Assembly: GCF_004010195.1 (NCBI RefSeq) | Contig: NC_057751.1 | Location: 14,339,483 to 14,378,309, forward strand | Origin: Chiloscyllium plagiosum | Lineage: Eukaryota | DNA length: 38,827 nucleotides | Direction of reading: 5' to 3' | In this document: in pieces, positions 35,067 to 38,827 of the stretch | Layout of the letters: each line of letters begins with the position of its first letter | Position numbering within the stretch: the stretch's first letter is position 1 | Program-made: the position numbers and the translations under genes | The notes under the pieces: model-generated | What the model saw: only the letters and a program-made list of their open reading frames with translations | Databases searched by the model: none | Told to the model about the DNA's origin: nothing

Positions 35067-36769
35067 CTTTCACTTGTCATGTTCTGTGATCGCGGTCTGA
35101 GGCATCAGTTTAGAGCAGTCTCAACGGGAGCAAGAGATAGGCAGGAGCAGCATCTTGTTTGTGATTGTGATACAGTGGAAGGGGCAGCAACATCTGGTTA
35201 GTTCGAGGGCTGACGGTGTTGGCGCACCTCAGGTTAAAATGCGCACTTGTACAAGATTATCTGGTGGAGACGGACTATCCTTCAGCACATTCCCCTCTTC
35301 AGGCAAGGGGATCATCAATCCCGATGGAACTTGGTTCATTTTGGTCACGTCTCTTTTGTTTAAAGCACTGGAGCTAACTCATGGCTTGTTGTCTGTGAGA
35401 CACAGTGTTCACACAGTGAGCAGCTCACTCGCGAGTCAGGCTGAAGGTGCAGAGTGGTGTCGGTGTGAGTTGGATGATGTAACTGAGGTTCACTCTGCCC
35501 TTCTGGGAGGTTTTAGAAGGTCAAAGACCCTCAGCAAGTGAACGTTCAACATTTATCCCTCATGCATTACAACGAGAAGCAGTTACATGGCTATCGAAAA
35601 CATTACTGCACTTGTCCCAGCCATTTTGACAATTGAGGAGAGTTGGCGAGCATGTTGTGGAGGGAACTTTGAATCCAAACAAACTAACCCTGGCAATGGT
35701 TTAAAATGGGAAATGTACAGGATCTGTGGGAGAGGAAAGGATAGAACTATGCAGAGCAGAACACTTACGACAGAGTCGTCACACAAAATATCAAAATAGC
35801 CCAGTTATTGCTCAAGGCTGCTATGACTGGGCAATGTTGAGAACACTTTGGGTTCAGCATCCAGCCTTGGCAAGCTAATTTGCACTGTCTGCTGGAGATC
35901 ACTGGTATTTGGCGGCAAGTGTGATTTGACATGATGGAATCTGATGTGACACAACGTGATATGTGATGCGTTGTGTTGTGGCCTGCTTTCCACCATGTTG
36001 AGGCTGCGAATTATAATTGACTGTGTGGTGTTGTCACTAACGAGCTCATCCTTCCCGGCATCGGCAATGGACAGCTCTCGTTGAGTGCCTGAGGTGGTTG
36101 TGCAGTTTGTGGCTCTGTGGAGCGATATCCTCTCAGTTCGAGCTGAATCCAACTCAACCAGAAGCAGCTGTCTCAGTGTGTGCATTGGTTCACTGGGTCT
36201 CAGCTCTGCCATGTTGTCCAGTTGGACAGTTGTGTTAGCCAAGCTAGCAAGCTCTTTGATAATGATGGGAGCACAGCTAATTACAGCAGTTCTGTCTTGA
36301 CAGACACTTGGATAGAAATCCACCTTGGGCATTTATTGCTCAGACTACTCTTCAATCAATATGTGATTTGACTTTGATCAAACTGAATATGGGCAAAGTG
36401 TACATCGAACAGTTGCCATGATGTCCTATTTCGCACAGCCCCACAATTCTCTTGCTCACATTTATCACCAACAATGAGTTGATATTATGGGTAGCAGTTG
36501 GCACCACTGATTCCACTACATGCCCTGCATCCTATTTCCCTGACAACATATTGCCAGTTCCAGTTGTGCAAAGGACAGAACAGAGTGAGGATGCTGTGGA
36601 CACACTCTGTCCTGACTGTACACCTACACCACCCTCCCCAACTAAAACAGGGCCAAGAAGTGGAATCACATCTTCAACAGTTCGATACTCTGCTGCATTG
36701 ATGGCTCTGGTCAAGGCATGGGCAGCGCTGTATCCGTACTTCACATCAGTCAGGGCACAGCGCAATAGT

Positions 36770-36896
36770 AGAGAAAGTGAGGACTGCAGATGCTGGAGAT
36801 CAGACTCAGAAAGTGTGCTGGAAAAGCACAGCAGTTAGGCAGCATCCAAGGAGCAGGAGAGTCGATGTTTCGAGCATAAGCTCTTCATCAGGAATG
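36770..36896 (-). mobile_element. Penelope-derived pLTR fragment inserted in the Harbinger transposase, with imperfect 9-bp TSD
   Basis: Same family as 23805-23933. Flanked by cgcaatagt (36761-36769) and tgcaatggt (36897-36905). Excision restores MTPLRCALTD. Confidence 0.85.
36860..36895 (-). ncRNA. Minimal type I hammerhead ribozyme motif with intact catalytic core
   Basis: Minus strand reads attc CTGATGA a gagc-ttat-gctc GAAAC ATC gact. CUGAUGA, a 4-bp stem II and GAAA are intact. Confidence 0.6.
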
Positions 36897-38764
36897 TGCA
36901 ATGGTGTCATGAGCCATGGACTCAGTGGGAACCCTTGTCCCCCAGTAACCAGCCTTGCAAGCCATCCTCAAATGCACCAGGTACATAAGAGTTCTCCAGT
37001 ATGTCGGAATCCTGGACATATACCTCAGGAGGTAAGGACAACGTTCACATGATGTGAACAAACATCAAATGGGACTTCTTGCTGCTGATGAATTCCACAT
37101 TATTGAGATCCAGCACTTTCAGTACAGTCAATGACACCCTGCATCTGGGAAATCCAGCTACGTCTCTGAATTTGACTGCACAGGCTATGGCACTGTCCTG
37201 GGGTCATTGGGAAAGAAAATGAACCACTCTGATTTCGCACAGATTCATCGGTCATAGCTGTGGGTGTACGACTGAGAGATCCCACACAGCTCACTGGTTG
37301 AACCCTGAAAGGAGTCAGTAGCACAGAAGCTCAGAGTGACAGTCACTTTCACAGCCTGTGGGAGAGGGTGGTCTCGTACTGCTACAGTGCTCAGTTCCCC
37401 CTCCAGCATCTGGCACAGTTCCATTATTATGCCCTGGAACATCTGAAGCCCATGTCGACACTGTGCCTCGCTCATCCCTGAAAACAGAGTGGGAGTGAAA
37501 AATCTCTATTGCTCTTGCAGACTCACACATCTTGAGAGACCTTGCAACAGTAACCTCTGCCTGAGCTGGCCATGGTTCACCCGGATCTGCCTTCAACCTC
37601 ATCAGTGACTCATGCCCCACCAGTGGGCAGGGGAGCAGAACTCCCTCGGGAAGTGAGAAATCAGGAATGGAAGGTTCCTGGGCCTGCGCAGAGTCTCCGC
37701 TGAGCTGCACCCAGTCCTCATTGCTGTGGGAGACGCAGGATCCAGCCTCACTCGGTGCACCGACTTGGTGATGGGCAGAATGCGACATGTTCCACTGACA
37801 GACTGCCAAACCCCCTCGCAGCCCACGCCTGACGATTCACGACCCTCGGAGGGCAAACCCCTCTCGGATTCTGCTCCACGTCTCTCCCCCCCCCCCGCGA
37901 CCTTGGCCCTCACTTTCAGGGATGGGGAGAGGTGGGGGTCGGTGACTAAAGCAGGCAAGGTGTCCCGGTTGTCGCTGAAGACAAATCCAGAGCAGTTTCT
38001 GTCATTGGAGCTGCGATGAACAGCAAGGGCTACGATCTTCAAGTTATCCCAATGCCGCCAAGGAAGGGAATCACTGGAGAGGTCAGGTGTCAGCTCCACT
38101 GCAAGGAGGGTTTCGGAAGCGATCAGTCACACCCACATTGGGAATGGGAATGGGAAGGATGTCGGGCATTCATGGGAACACAGAGTTAAATGACAGCAGA
38201 GAACCAACTGAGTGCAGCGACATGAAAAAATTCTGGAGTTTTTTTTCGGAGAAGTGTGAAAGTGCTGGGAGACAGGGCAGAGGGAGTCTCAGTGCTCGGG
38301 CATCGTGGTACCCTGGAAAATTGCCAGTGAAGACAGCACTCATTCAGGAGCGTTCAGCCTTGGCATACTCCCGAGCAGCTCCAACAGTGAGCAAATCATC
38401 TCTTCAATGTTTTATGAAAAGCACACATCACATTTAATGAAAAATTCAGGCAGCCTCAGTGCTCCATTCTGGGCTGTGTGACTCAGGGACGAAATTAACT
38501 GGTGTCCTAAGTGACTTGAAAGGAGGGCAACTGGGCTATGTCACAAAAGGAGCAGCGACTCTTTCAGATTAACTGGTGCCCTGCCAACCACCTTGCTCGC
38601 TGTTTGGTGGTGTACTTACACTGAATTGGCTCAAGACACAAAGACCTGAAGTTGAGTCAACACAGAGAGACTGACAGAAACTGCTCTGGAAATAAAAACC
38701 AACATCTTTTTCTCTGTCTTTCCACTGATCGAGACCATCGCTGTCTCCATTGTCCCCAAAACCC

Positions 38765-38827
38765 CACCCTGCTCTCTGTCCCTCTCTCCCCCCCCTCACC
38801 CTGCTCTCTGTCCCTCTCTCCTCCCCC
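38765..38827. repeat. Start of a pyrimidine-rich 32-bp tandem repeat (caccctgctctctgtccctctctcccccccct)
   Basis: Two copies (38765, 38797), truncated by the window end. Confidence 0.75.

Larger units (their letters stand above)
36520..37530 (-). pseudogene. PIF/Harbinger (HARBI1-like DDE_Tnp_4) transposase remnant, frameshifted and interrupted
   Basis: MSEAQCR..ELCQMLEGEL..HPLPQAVKVTVTLSFCATDSFQGSTSELCGISQS; AGF(P)QMQGVIDCT (~37121-37160); VQDSDILENS; GWLLGDKG..PWLMTPL|RCALTD..YSAAHALTRAI..IELLKM*F..YSQDRV..HNW. All are hallmark Harbinger motifs in order. Confidence 0.9.
34302..38452 (-). mobile_element. Decayed PIF/Harbinger DNA transposon (tentative extent)
   Basis: Contains a clear Harbinger transposase remnant. 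Weak candidate TIRs gagCTGAATTTat (34302) and aaAAATTCAGgca (38440-38452). Boundaries are uncertain. Confidence 0.4.

Noticed and set aside
36520..37530. Domesticated HARBI1 gene
   Set aside because: Multiple frameshifts, stops, deletions and a TE insertion show this is a dead transposon copy.

Overview
Repeat-rich vertebrate genomic DNA, almost certainly from a shark or other elasmobranch (inferred from HE1/V-SINE-type tRNA SINEs, CR1 LINEs and Penelope-like elements). No intact, recognisable protein-coding gene is present, and the long ORFs in the track are tandem-repeat artefacts or TE remnants. In order, the window holds: (1) a CT/GT minisatellite (1-1490); (2) a ~95-copy 48-bp satellite that appears to be amplified from a CR1 3' segment (1490-6070); (3) a very old BEL/Pao-like LTR-retrotransposon gag-pol (~6400-13630, + strand), read by eye from motif order and split by four younger insertions (CR1, two SINEs, a solo LTR with a GACT TSD); (4) inside its gag remnant, a tight regulatory cluster of two perfect heat-shock elements, a CCAAT box, a CRE-like site, an RFX X-box and a splice donor, which is a candidate exapted stress/germ-line promoter; (5) a 500-N gap followed by a G-rich minisatellite (14891-18435); (6) Penelope-like elements in inverted arrangement carrying minimal hammerhead-ribozyme motifs; (7) many CR1/SINE fragments; (8) two weak candidate exons; and (9) a decayed PIF/Harbinger transposon (~34300-38450) whose transposase is split by a hammerhead-bearing insertion. 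All homology calls are from manual translation and remembered family consensus motifs, not database searches. Repeat boundaries are approximate.
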